Part shown: in pieces, positions 48,911-58,181 of the stretch
Position numbering within the stretch: the stretch's first letter is position 1
Layout of the letters: each line of letters opens with the position of its first letter
DNA from: Nitrospirota bacterium
GTDB taxonomy: Bacteria > Nitrospirota > Thermodesulfovibrionia > Thermodesulfovibrionales > Dissulfurispiraceae
DNA: 64,000 bases
Assembly (NCBI GenBank): GCA_040758355.1
Contig: JBFLWF010000002.1
Coordinates: 32,001 to 96,000 of the forward strand
Reading direction: 5' to 3'
Notes under the pieces: generated by a model
Told to the model about the DNA's origin: nothing
Databases searched by the model: none
Seen by the model: the letters and a program-made list of their open reading frames with translations, nothing else
Translations under genes and position numbers: made by a program

Positions 48911-49600
48911 ATGTTCTTAAATGATTATAAAAAAGTTATTCAAGCAACTGTTTTATTGTTTTTTGTTGCAACAATTATTGCATCTGCAAAAGAGCTATAT
49001 GCAGATGAACTTAATATTGATAAGTTAATAATGGATATCCAGGACAATGACTGGTATAGACGTTTGCCGTTATACGGGGGTGCAGAGGGCATAAAGAATG
49101 ACAGGCTGACAGACGCCCTTATCGGCCTTGTAGAAAACAAAATGCTGAACTGGAGATACAGGATAAGGGCAATCCAGCTTCTCGGTGAGAGTAAAAAGGA
49201 GAAGGCACTCAATTTCCTCGAGCGGATACTGAGCGACCCGTTCCTTAACCACGATTGTCCTGCCATAAAGTGGAATGCCGTCACCGCCCTCGGCAATTTT
49301 ACTAAAGACCCGAAGGCAGCCGATATACTCCTCGATGCATCGAAGTTTGAGGACAACCCGGTGGTCAGAGAGGCCATTGTCAAAACCATGGGAAGGGTTG
49401 GCAGTTCAAAGGCTGTGCCGTTTTTGATTTCTGTCCTAAACGATAAGAGTTTTGCGATAAAGTTCAGTGCTATAAGTGCCCTTTCAGAAATCGGAGACCC
49501 GCAGGCATTCCCCCATCTAAGAGATATTGCAGAGAATGAAAACGATCCTCTCATAAAGAATGAAGCCATTACAGCTCTCGAGAGGTTTTCCAAGGGATAA
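48911..49600 (+). CDS. Exported HEAT-repeat protein
   Basis: Signal peptide; AVPFLISVLND..IK.SAISALSEIGD repeats. Confidence 0.8.
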   Translation: MFLNDYKKVIQATVLLFFVATIIASAKELYADELNIDKLIMDIQDNDWYRRLPLYGGAEGIKNDRLTDALIGLVENKMLNWRYRIRAIQLLGESKKEKALNFLERILSDPFLNHDCPAIKWNAVTALGNFTKDPKAADILLDASKFEDNPVVREAIVKTMGRVGSSKAVPFLISVLNDKSFAIKFSAISALSEIGDPQAFPHLRDIAENENDPLIKNEAITALERFSKG

Positions 49601-49606
49601 ATCACT

Positions 49607-50329
49607 GTGATCTGTTATCAGAAGTCAGAAGATAGAATACAGAAGCCAGACTATCAGAAGCCGGACAGTCTGTCCTCTGTATTCTGTATTCTGTGTTCTG
49701 TGTTCTGTCTTCTGGTCGTCTACCAAAGTCATGCAGCGCCTCATGATATTGATAAATTGCTGGTAAAGCTCAGGCATGATGACCCTAAAGTCCGTTTGTC
49801 GGCAGTGGAAGAATTGGGCAGGATTGGAGATGATGATTCTATGAGGGCGCTTATGAGTGTCATCGAAAATCAGGGCGAAGACTGGAAGATTCAGATTAGG
49901 GCAGTAAAGCTGCTGGCGGAAATTAAAAATCCCAGGGCAGTAGATTTATTAATAAGAATATTGGATGACCCATTTTTTAGCTATGACTGCCCTGCATTGA
50001 AATGGAATGCCGCCCTTGCCCTTGGCAATTTCAAAGGACATTCAAAAGTGGCAGATGTGCTGATAGATGCCTTAACCGATAAGACGCTTTATGTGCGGGA
50101 GGCAGCAATACAGTCCCTCGGCGAGATTGGCAGTAGAAAGGCCGTGCCATATTTGATTTTTGCATTAAACGATAAGAGCTTTGCAATCAAGATAAGCGCG
50201 ATAATGGCGCTTGGGAAAATCGGAGATGAGTCAGCGATCCCTTTTGTAAAGCGGGTTTTGGATAATGATGCCGATCCACACATAAGGGATGAGGCTGCAA
50301 AGGCATTGAAAAGATTAAATGAGAATTAG
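49607..50329 (+). CDS. Exported HEAT-repeat protein (paralog of the upstream gene)
   Basis: VRLSAVEELGRIG, VREAAIQSLGEIG; shares DP...DCPA.KWNA with its neighbour. Confidence 0.8.
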   Translation: MICYQKSEDRIQKPDYQKPDSLSSVFCILCSVFCLLVVYQSHAAPHDIDKLLVKLRHDDPKVRLSAVEELGRIGDDDSMRALMSVIENQGEDWKIQIRAVKLLAEIKNPRAVDLLIRILDDPFFSYDCPALKWNAALALGNFKGHSKVADVLIDALTDKTLYVREAAIQSLGEIGSRKAVPYLIFALNDKSFAIKISAIMALGKIGDESAIPFVKRVLDNDADPHIRDEAAKALKRLNEN

Positions 50330-50353
50330 GATTTAGCAGCAAGGAGGTTTTAA

Positions 50354-51580
50354 ATGGCGCATCCAAAGGTTCTTGTATTCGTGCTTGCCGGAGGCAAAGG
50401 TGAAAGGCTTTTCCCGCTGACGGCATTCCGGTCTAAACCGTCAGTTCCGTTCGGAGGAAGATACAGAATAGTTGATTTTGTCCTGAGCAGTTTCATTAAT
50501 TCCCACATATATTCGATCTATCTGCTTGTTCAGTATAAGTCGCAGTCTCTCATTGAGCATGTAAGACAGAACTGGGTTTTGTCGCCTGTTATTAAGGATC
50601 ATTTTGTCACGGTTGTGCCGCCGCAGATGCGCATGGGACCCGAGTGGTTTCAGGGAACTGCCGATGCGGTCTTTCAGAACATAAATCTCATACAGCAGCA
50701 CAACCCGGAATTGGTCATAGTCTTCGGGGCAGACCATATCTACAGAATGGACATCCGCCAGATGATAGATTTCCATCTTCAGAATGATGCCTTTGTAACT
50801 GTTGCGGCAAGGCCTGTCCCTGTTGAGCAGGCATCTGCATTTGGAGTTATTCAGACTAATAGCGAAAGACGAATTGTCGGATTCCAGGAAAAACCAAAAA
50901 AGCCTACGCCAATGCCGGATGATCCGAGCCGTGCTTATGTCTCCATGGGGAATTACATATTTAACAGGGATGTGCTTTTAGATGCGCTGGCAAGGGCCCA
51001 GAGGAAAAAGCAGCATGATTTCGGGGCACACGTTATACCCGGCCTTGTGGATACAGAAAAGGTATTTGCGTATGACTTTGCCACAAATATTATTCCCGGG
51101 ACAATGGAGTGTGAAGAAAGGGGATATTGGCGCGATGTGGGAACCATATCCGCATATTTTGATGCCCATATGGACATGCTGGGCGACCATCCTTTGTTTG
51201 AACTTGGCAATAGATTGTGGCCTATCCATCCGTCAGGTTACGAAGGGCCTTCCGCAAAGATATTGAGGGGAGACATAAGGAACAGCATAATCGGAGAAGG
51301 TACTGTTATCCGTAAGGCCAAAATACGCAATTCGGTTATTAGGAGCGGGGTTGTAATCGAAGATAATGTCAGCGTAGAAGATTGCATAATCATGGACCAC
51401 GCGATTCTTAAAAAAGGATGCAGTCTCAGAAGGGTGATAGTGGACAAACTGAATATAATAAATGAAGGAGAAAGGATAGGCTTTGACCCTGATAAAGACC
51501 GTTTCAGATGCCATATAGACCCATCCGGAATAGCAATCATCCCGAGAGGCGGTAGGCTGATGAGAAGGACTAAGGAATAG
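50354..51580 (+). CDS. glgC: Glucose-1-phosphate adenylyltransferase
   Basis: LAGGKGERL, KPSVPFGG, GTADAV, DHIYRMD, EKP, SMGNY, YWRDVGT. Confidence 0.95.
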   Translation: MAHPKVLVFVLAGGKGERLFPLTAFRSKPSVPFGGRYRIVDFVLSSFINSHIYSIYLLVQYKSQSLIEHVRQNWVLSPVIKDHFVTVVPPQMRMGPEWFQGTADAVFQNINLIQQHNPELVIVFGADHIYRMDIRQMIDFHLQNDAFVTVAARPVPVEQASAFGVIQTNSERRIVGFQEKPKKPTPMPDDPSRAYVSMGNYIFNRDVLLDALARAQRKKQHDFGAHVIPGLVDTEKVFAYDFATNIIPGTMECEERGYWRDVGTISAYFDAHMDMLGDHPLFELGNRLWPIHPSGYEGPSAKILRGDIRNSIIGEGTVIRKAKIRNSVIRSGVVIEDNVSVEDCIIMDHAILKKGCSLRRVIVDKLNIINEGERIGFDPDKDRFRCHIDPSGIAIIPRGGRLMRRTKE

Positions 51581-51592
51581 ATAATTTCAGAA

Positions 51593-52414
51593 TCAAAGGG
51601 CTTTTATATTTGATACAAATCTTAAAATAGCCTTATTCCATCCCTCCGGGCCGATTCCATCAGCTTTTATCAAATTCGGCATGTCTATTTTGCGGTCGTA
51701 GCTTCCATCAGGCTTCTGAACAATTACTGGATAATCAACCCTTTTTAGCATCGGTATATCATTGGGACTGTCGCCTATGGCAATTGTTATAATATCGCCC
51801 AATTTCCTTCTGTATATATCGATTAAGATGGACACTGCCTTTCCCTTGTCGCTATCGCCGAGGATGTGGAAAAATCTGCCCTGTGTGTAATTAAACCCCT
51901 TTGCATTAATTGATTCAAAAAGCCTCTTTAATTCCACATCATCTCCTTTAAATATAAACGGCTCGTCAAAATCCCTTTCCTTTGCCATCCCTGCCTCGTC
52001 AATGGACATATTAGCTATATCTGCAAGTTCCTCTGCTGTCATGTCTCCGAAGCCTTTAACATCAAAACCTTCTTTTCGCAACCCCATTGTCACCCTTCTC
52101 AGGTCAGAATATTTTGCGCCAAGCCTGATTATTCGATACTTGCCGTTTTCCTCAGATTTGAAATTTGAAATTTGGAATTTGAAATACTCTGTAGGTATGA
52201 ATATCCCTCCTCCGTTCTCCGATATGAATGGATGGTGGTTGTTGAGTTTTCTCCTGTAATATTCTATCTCTTTTCTTGTCTTGCTTGAGCAGATTATGAG
52301 GGGAATGTTTTTTTGTTTCAGCAATGTAAGTGCAGGCAATGCCTTTTCAAAAGAGTAGGTGTAATGGTCAAGGAGTGTACCATCGAGGTCTGCGAAGATG
52401 ACGAGTTTTTTCAT
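51593..52414 (-). CDS. Mannosyl/glucosyl-3-phosphoglycerate phosphatase (HAD IIB)
   Basis: DLDGTLLD, SSKT, ENGG, KGKAV, GDSPND. Confidence 0.85.
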   Translation of the reverse strand: MKKLVIFADLDGTLLDHYTYSFEKALPALTLLKQKNIPLIICSSKTRKEIEYYRRKLNNHHPFISENGGGIFIPTEYFKFQISNFKSEENGKYRIIRLGAKYSDLRRVTMGLRKEGFDVKGFGDMTAEELADIANMSIDEAGMAKERDFDEPFIFKGDDVELKRLFESINAKGFNYTQGRFFHILGDSDKGKAVSILIDIYRRKLGDIITIAIGDSPNDIPMLKRVDYPVIVQKPDGSYDRKIDMPNLIKADGIGPEGWNKAILRFVSNIKAL

Positions 52415-53736
52415 TCTATCACCATTATCTGAACATCCATGACATTTGTTCCTGTTGGCCCTGTGATGAGGAGTTCATCGATTTTTTTAAAGAAATTATA
52501 GGAATCGTTGTTATTCAGGTATTTTTCAGGATTAAGCCCAGCCGTTTTTGCTTTCTTAATTGTTTCTCCATCAACAATCGCACCTGCTGCATCTGTTGGC
52601 CCGTCTGTACCATCTGTCCCTGCAGAAAGAAGTGTTATACCATCAATGCCTTCAATCTCCATTGCAAATGATAAGGCAAGCTCCATATTCCTGCCGCCGA
52701 GGCCGTTGCCTTTAACGGTAACGGTTGTTTCGCCCCCGCTAATTAAACACCTTGAACCCTTGAATCCTTGAACCCTTAGACCCTTTGCTATGTTTGCAAG
52801 CCATTTCCCGACTTCTCTTGCCTCACCTGTAACTTCAGACGATATTATCTCTGTTTGTGAACCAAGAGATTCTGCCTTTTCTTTTGCAGCTTCCAATGCC
52901 TTCATGTTACTTCCTATGATAGTGTTTTCAACCTTTTCAAATACAGGGTTGTCATCTTTTGGTGTCTCGGGGATAAGACCCTTTGCACCATTACCGAGCA
53001 TATTGATTACAGATTCAGGTGCTTTTTCTGTCAGTTTGTACTTTTCAAGCACACCTATTGCATGATTGTATGTAGTCTTATCAGGTGCTGTCGGCCCTGA
53101 TGCAATGACATCGAGCCTGTCTCCGATAACATCGGAAAGGATTAATGCGATCATTTCTGCAGGATAGGCGATTTCTGAGAGCCTTCCTCCTTTTACTTTC
53201 GATACATGTTTCCTTACAGTATTGAGTTCATATATATCAACGCCTGCCTTAAGGAGTAATTGAGTGATTTTTTGTTTCTCATCAAGAGAAATGCCTTCGT
53301 ATGGAGAGACAAGGAGTGCAGAACCTCCGCCTGAAACAAGGCACACTACAAGGGTATTTTCATCTGCACCCTTAAGAAGTTTTATTATCTCCTCCGTGCC
53401 TCTTAATCCGTTTTCATCTGGCACCGGATGACCGGCCTCATAAATCCTTATCATAGACTCCTGACTTTTGACTCCTGACCCCTGACTCATACTGTGCCCA
53501 TATTTCGTAATCAAAATTCCGGTATCGATCAAATCTCCCAAATTATCTTCCATAGCCTTTGCCATACTGCATGCTGCCTTTCCAAATCCTATGACGATGA
53601 GCCTTTTGAAGCTGTCGTTCTGATAAACGGAACGGATTTTATCCGTATAAAGTTTTACCGCATTATAAGGGTCGACAGCCTTCAATGCAGCATAAAATAT
53701 TTCAGTGGCTAATTCTTTTCGGGTTGTTTGTTCCAT
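52411..53736 (-). CDS. Glycerate kinase (MOFRL/TtuD family)
   Basis: GKAA, AGHPVPD, SGGGSAL, SDVIGD..IASGP, GGETTV, GGRN, TDGTDG, TGTNVMD. Confidence 0.92.
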   Translation of the reverse strand: MEQTTRKELATEIFYAALKAVDPYNAVKLYTDKIRSVYQNDSFKRLIVIGFGKAACSMAKAMEDNLGDLIDTGILITKYGHSMSQGSGVKSQESMIRIYEAGHPVPDENGLRGTEEIIKLLKGADENTLVVCLVSGGGSALLVSPYEGISLDEKQKITQLLLKAGVDIYELNTVRKHVSKVKGGRLSEIAYPAEMIALILSDVIGDRLDVIASGPTAPDKTTYNHAIGVLEKYKLTEKAPESVINMLGNGAKGLIPETPKDDNPVFEKVENTIIGSNMKALEAAKEKAESLGSQTEIISSEVTGEAREVGKWLANIAKGLRVQGFKGSRCLISGGETTVTVKGNGLGGRNMELALSFAMEIEGIDGITLLSAGTDGTDGPTDAAGAIVDGETIKKAKTAGLNPEKYLNNNDSYNFFKKIDELLITGPTGTNVMDVQIMVIE

Positions 53737-53821
53737 GATTCTATTATAATGTTTTTCAAAAAATTCTTAACTCCCGAAGTACAATATGATAAACTTGAGA
53801 AAAATATTTGAGGAGGGAAAG

Positions 53822-54226
53822 ATGAACTTTTGGGAAAAGGTGAAAAAGGATTTGCAGAAGGGCATTAAGGAGGGTATAGATTGAGGAAAGATTAAAACGG
53901 AGTTGCAAAAAGGGATCAAAGAGGGAATGGTGGTAGTCAAGGAAGGCGCTGCTGTTGTAAAGGAAAAGGCAGAGGAACTCACAGAAGAGGGAAAGAGGCG
54001 ATACAAGATATTTGAACTCAAGAGAAAAGTCCATGAGTGGATGACAGAACTCGGCGGAAAGGTTTACGGATTGAGTTCCAAAACCGAGAATCCCATGCGC
54101 GATACCACGGTGAAACTGATAATAAACAGAGTCAAAAAGCTCGAGGCTCAGATAACTAAACTCGAAGGCAAGCCAAAGGCAGTAGCAAAGAAAAAAACTA
54201 AAAAGGTAGCGAAGTCAAAGAAATGA
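53822..54226 (+). pseudogene. Coiled-coil protein interrupted by an in-frame TGA (53882-53884)
   Basis: Strong SD plus ATG 53822; MNFWEKVKKDLQKGIKEGID*GKIKTELQKGIKEGM continues in frame into ORF 53903-54226. Confidence 0.6.
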
Positions 54227-54258
54227 AATGATAAGTCTTTAAATATGAGGGGGACAAT

Positions 54259-54912
54259 GTGAGGGCAATAATAGTTGTACTTGTTATTTTCTTAGCTGCC
54301 GGTTACTTTGGCCTGATGTCGATCCTTGTAGAGAAGGAGGCTGGTAAACTACGTTCAGAGATTCAGGATCTGAGGCAGAGACTGCAAAAAATAGAGGAAG
54401 AGTCAAAAGCTGCCCCACTTCAGCCGGATGCCGATTATCAGAAGATTATTAAGACTGTTAATGCTGTATATCATAAACTGAACGCACTTGAGGACGCTTT
54501 CAAGAAAGAAATGTCTGCTACTTCAGAGGCGATGAAGAATCAGGGTAAAGCATCGGAAGACGCATTGAAGAAGCAGTCTGAAACGATTGATAAACTGAAC
54601 AAGGAGACACAGGCCAAACTCCAGAAGATTATGTTTGACGCCAGGATGGCAAATATCAGAGGACATATCGCAAAGGCAAGGACAGACCTCTTGTCCAGAA
54701 ATATTGCCACTGCAAAAAACGAGCTTGAACTCATCGACGGCGTTTTCGAAGCATTAAAAGCCTCGGTCTCCGAGGAAGACAGAAAGGCTATAGAAGAACT
54801 ACAGGCAACCCTTAGAAAAGCACAGTCAGAGATAGATGTGAACCTGCCGGCTGCTATTAACAGGATCGACCTTCTTTGGCATGAAATGAGCAAGCTGCTG
54901 AGGAAGACCTGA
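54259..54912 (+). CDS. Membrane-anchored coiled-coil hypothetical protein
   Basis: N-terminal TM, heptad-rich helices. Confidence 0.7.
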   Translation: MRAIIVVLVIFLAAGYFGLMSILVEKEAGKLRSEIQDLRQRLQKIEEESKAAPLQPDADYQKIIKTVNAVYHKLNALEDAFKKEMSATSEAMKNQGKASEDALKKQSETIDKLNKETQAKLQKIMFDARMANIRGHIAKARTDLLSRNIATAKNELELIDGVFEALKASVSEEDRKAIEELQATLRKAQSEIDVNLPAAINRIDLLWHEMSKLLRKT

Positions 54913-54935
54913 TGGATGTCAGCGGTGGAATAAGA

Positions 54936-55160
54936 ATGCTCACAATAGTGCTTTTATCGATTATCATTGCGACGGTGACCATTTTCTCTGTCCAGAATGC
55001 AGCTCCTGTTGCGGTTTCCTTTCTCTTCTGGAGATTCGAGGCATCCCTTGCTATAGTCATATTTCTTTCAGTGCTCACAGGTGTTTTAATAGCAGCAATT
55101 ATTGTATTTTCAGGGCATATCAAGCGTTCTGCAAAAAGGCAGGATAAATCTATAAACTAA
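54936..55160 (+). CDS. LapA/DUF1049-like small membrane protein
   Basis: IFSVQNAAPVAVSFLFW...SLAIVI. Confidence 0.75.
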   Translation: MLTIVLLSIIIATVTIFSVQNAAPVAVSFLFWRFEASLAIVIFLSVLTGVLIAAIIVFSGHIKRSAKRQDKSIN

Positions 55161-55225
55161 CAAATATCGGAGGTGTATAATGCAATGGTTTATTAATCTT
55201 GCTACCGACCATGCTTCTTTTTCTC

Positions 55226-55263
55226 TTGACGTGCAACTATTATTATGATAAATTGTAACTACA
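55226..55263 (+). promoter_or_regulatory. TA promoter with a palindromic operator candidate
   Basis: TTGACG-N17-TAAATT followed by TGTAACTACA. Confidence 0.5.
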
Positions 55264-55285
55264 TGATTTTTTAATAGGAGACTAC

Positions 55286-55546
55286 ATGATTTCTGTCGGT
55301 ATACGGGAGTTGAAGGCAAAATTAAGCAGTTATGTCGATAAGGTACGAAGGGGCGAGCAGGTTGTTATTACCGAGCATGGCGAAGAGGTAGCAATTATCA
55401 ATCCTATATCAAAGGAGCGAAAGGCAATAATGTCGCTTGTTAAATCAGGAAAGGCCCATTGGTCCGGAGGGAGACCAAAAGGCTTGAAAGGCATTAAGAT
55501 TAAAGGCAAACCGATTTCGGAAACTATCCTTGAGGAACGCCAATGA
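55286..55546 (+). CDS. Phd/YefM-family antitoxin
   Basis: VGIRELKAKLS..V..GE.VVITEHG..VA. Confidence 0.9.
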   Translation: MISVGIRELKAKLSSYVDKVRRGEQVVITEHGEEVAIINPISKERKAIMSLVKSGKAHWSGGRPKGLKGIKIKGKPISETILEERQ

Positions 55547-55980
55547 TTCTGTATCTTGGGACGAGCAGTCTTGTGAAGTTATATTTTGAAGAACCATATT
55601 CCGATCTGGCCAGAGAATGGGTTAAGGAGGCTGAGATAGTGGCAACATGCCGCATTGCGTATACCGAGATTATGTCTGCTCTTGATACCAGATTCAGGAA
55701 GCACGATATATCGAGAAAAGATTACGCTCTGTTTGCCAAGGCATTCTTTAAGGATTGGGATGATTTTGTAACAGTCGATTTTGACGAGATCGAGGCAGGA
55801 CGTTTGGTTAAGAAATACGGGCTGAGGCGGTTCGATGCAATCCACCTCTCTGCTGCGAAGCTTATTAAAAAAGAATATAACGATATTTCCTTGTCATTTT
55901 CTTCAGCCAGCGAAAAACTGTGCCGGGCCGCCTCTGCTGAAGGGCTAAGAGTTTTATCATTTGCAGATGTGAGTAGTTAA
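55543..55980 (+). CDS. vapC: VapC/PIN-domain toxin with a degenerate active site
   Basis: MILYLGTSSLVKLY..E, YTE, LRRFDAIHL; 4-bp overlap with the antitoxin. Confidence 0.82.
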   Translation: MILYLGTSSLVKLYFEEPYSDLAREWVKEAEIVATCRIAYTEIMSALDTRFRKHDISRKDYALFAKAFFKDWDDFVTVDFDEIEAGRLVKKYGLRRFDAIHLSAAKLIKKEYNDISLSFSSASEKLCRAASAEGLRVLSFADVSS

Positions 55981-56006
55981 ATAAAAAACGAGAGGAGGTG
56001 AATATA

Positions 56007-56378
56007 ATGAGGAAAGCAATACTGTTGGCTATGGCAGTATTATTTCTCTTCTCCTTCGGATGTGCTACAAAAGACTATGTAAAACAGCAGATAGACCCTC
56101 TGGTTGACAGACTCAGCAAGCTTGAGACAAGGGTTTCAGCACTGGAAGCAAAGGTAAGTGCGCTTGAAGGCAAGGTAGGTTCTTTATCGGCAGATGTAGA
56201 GGCAGCAAAGAAGGAAGCGAGAGACGCTAAGGCATTGGCTCACGATGCAATGAGGATGGCAAAGGAGTCTGCTGACAGGGCTGAAGCTGCTGCAAAGAGG
56301 GCTGAGGCCGCTGCTGACAGGGCTGAAGCCGCCTTTGGGAAGGCTAAAAAGGCCTTTGAATTGCAGCAAAAGAAATAG
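56007..56378 (+). CDS. Alanine-zipper coiled-coil lipoprotein
   Basis: Lipobox SFGC; ADRAEAAAKRAEAAADRAEAA. Confidence 0.8.
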   Translation: MRKAILLAMAVLFLFSFGCATKDYVKQQIDPLVDRLSKLETRVSALEAKVSALEGKVGSLSADVEAAKKEARDAKALAHDAMRMAKESADRAEAAAKRAEAAADRAEAAFGKAKKAFELQQKK

Positions 56379-56474
56379 GAGTCCACGGGAGGGATAAACA
56401 CAGGGGTTATCGCCGGTTTTATCCCTCCATCCGCATAAAGCCTTCCCTAAGAGATATTTGCCAGGGGGTGTAAA

Positions 56475-57710
56475 ATGTCAGATTTTTATCAGACAGGCGT
56501 GGTTGCAACCTTTCACAGGCTTGGAAGGATTAATCTCGAAAAGATAGAGGCAGAACTGTCGTGGTATGCCAATGAAAGGCCGATTGCCCTTGTATTGCCT
56601 TCTCTTTACAGCGAGCTTGAAGGGGAGGCATTGAAGGGAATAGTAAGGGAGTTAAAGGAAGTTAAATATATAAGCGAAATCGTTGTCGCTCTCGGTCCTG
56701 CATCGGAAGAAGAGTTCAGGCACGCAAAAAAATTTTTCTCGGCACTTCCGCAGAAGGTAAGCATTATCTGGAATACGGGACCACGGATAAGCGAAATATA
56801 TAAAACTATCGAGAGAGCAGACCTGCCAACTGGAGAGCATGGAAAGGGAAGGTCCGCATGGATGGCTTATGGTTATGTCCTTTCGCAGCAGAGGTTTCAG
56901 ACCATTGCGCTTCATGACTGCGACATCCTTACATACAGCAGGGATATGCTTGCGCGGCTGTGCTATCCTGTTACGAGCCCGAGCCTCGATTATGATTTTT
57001 GCAAGGGTTTCTACAGCAGGGTAACCGACAGACTACACGGGAGAATGACGAGACTACTTTTCACACCTCTCATAAGGGCACTTCAGAGGGTTATTGGGTA
57101 TCATCCCCTTTTGGTATTCTTTGATAGCTTCAGATATGCCCTTGCTGGAGAGTTTTCTATGGATGTTGATATGGCAAGAATAAACAGGATTCCGGGGGAT
57201 TGGGGTCTCGAGGTAGGAGTTCTCGCAGAAGTCTACAGAAACACATCATTGAGAAGGGTCTGCCAGGTAGATATTGCGGAAAACTATGAGCATAAACACC
57301 AGGAACTGTCTCCCGAGGATGCGACGAAAGGGCTTCACAAGATGTGTATAGATATATGCAAATCACTCTTCAGAACTCTTGCATCTGAGGGCATTGTATT
57401 TTCAGAGGGCTTCTTTAAGACACTCCTGGCAACTTATGTTAGGACTGCACAGGATATGCTTAAAAGGTATGAAGACGATGCAGCCATTAATGGCCTCATA
57501 TTTGACAGACACGCAGAAAGCCTTGCTGTTGAGACCTTTACGAAGGGTATAACGACTGCTGCCCAGGCCATAATGGACAATCCCTTAGGTCCCCCCCTTA
57601 TTCCAAGTTGGGACAGGGTAACATCTGCAATCCCGGATATTCTTGTGAGGATAAGGGAGGCGGTTGAGGAGGACAATAAAATAAAAACCACAAGGAAGAG
57701 GAGGCAGTAA
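56475..57710 (+). CDS. Glucosyl-3-phosphoglycerate synthase-like glycosyltransferase
   Basis: GKGRSAW, HDCD, KGFYSR, GRMTRL, YALAGEF, DWGLEVG, YEHKHQ; matching phosphatase nearby. Confidence 0.75.
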   Translation: MSDFYQTGVVATFHRLGRINLEKIEAELSWYANERPIALVLPSLYSELEGEALKGIVRELKEVKYISEIVVALGPASEEEFRHAKKFFSALPQKVSIIWNTGPRISEIYKTIERADLPTGEHGKGRSAWMAYGYVLSQQRFQTIALHDCDILTYSRDMLARLCYPVTSPSLDYDFCKGFYSRVTDRLHGRMTRLLFTPLIRALQRVIGYHPLLVFFDSFRYALAGEFSMDVDMARINRIPGDWGLEVGVLAEVYRNTSLRRVCQVDIAENYEHKHQELSPEDATKGLHKMCIDICKSLFRTLASEGIVFSEGFFKTLLATYVRTAQDMLKRYEDDAAINGLIFDRHAESLAVETFTKGITTAAQAIMDNPLGPPLIPSWDRVTSAIPDILVRIREAVEEDNKIKTTRKRRQ

Positions 57711-58162
57711 TGAAGAGAATGAATCTTGTCCTGTCGGTTGTGATATTTTCTCTATTGACTGCCGGTTATGCAAACGCTTTATGTGTGAATGCGCAAAAGG
57801 CGAATCTGAGAAGCGGTCCGGGCACAAATTATGATGTAGCATGGGAAATCTATAAATATATGCCGGTTGTAAAGGTTGGCGTCTCCTTATCCGGCGAGTG
57901 GTATGCAGTGAGCGATGTGGACGGAGATGTGAACTGGATATATAAAAACATGGTAACCGAAAAGTATAAATGTGCGGTTGTGGATATGGATGAAGTGAAT
58001 GTGAGGACAGGCCCGGGCACGAACTATTCCAAAAGCCCTTTAAGCCCTGCAAAAAAGTATTATTCCTTTAAAGTTTTAAACAAGAAAGGGCAATGGGTAA
58101 AGGTAAAGGACGAATAGGGCAATACAGGCTGGATTCACCGCAACTTTTTGTGGATCAGATGA
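57710..58162 (+). pseudogene. Exported double SH3b-domain protein with an in-frame TAG at 58115-58117
   Basis: Two repeats (NLRSGPGTNY/NVRTGPGTNY); the second continues past TAG as GNTGWIHRNFLWIR to TGA 58160-58162. Confidence 0.7.
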
Positions 58163-58181
58163 AGGGAGGTCAAAGGGGAAA

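Noticed and set aside
46416..50329. tRNA-anchored genomic island
   Set aside because: No integrase and no duplicated tRNA 3' end seen; terminator intact.
53882..53884. Selenocysteine codon or alternative genetic code
   Set aside because: Position aligns with Trp rather than Cys, no obvious SECIS-like hairpin follows, and TGA is a normal stop in many genes here.
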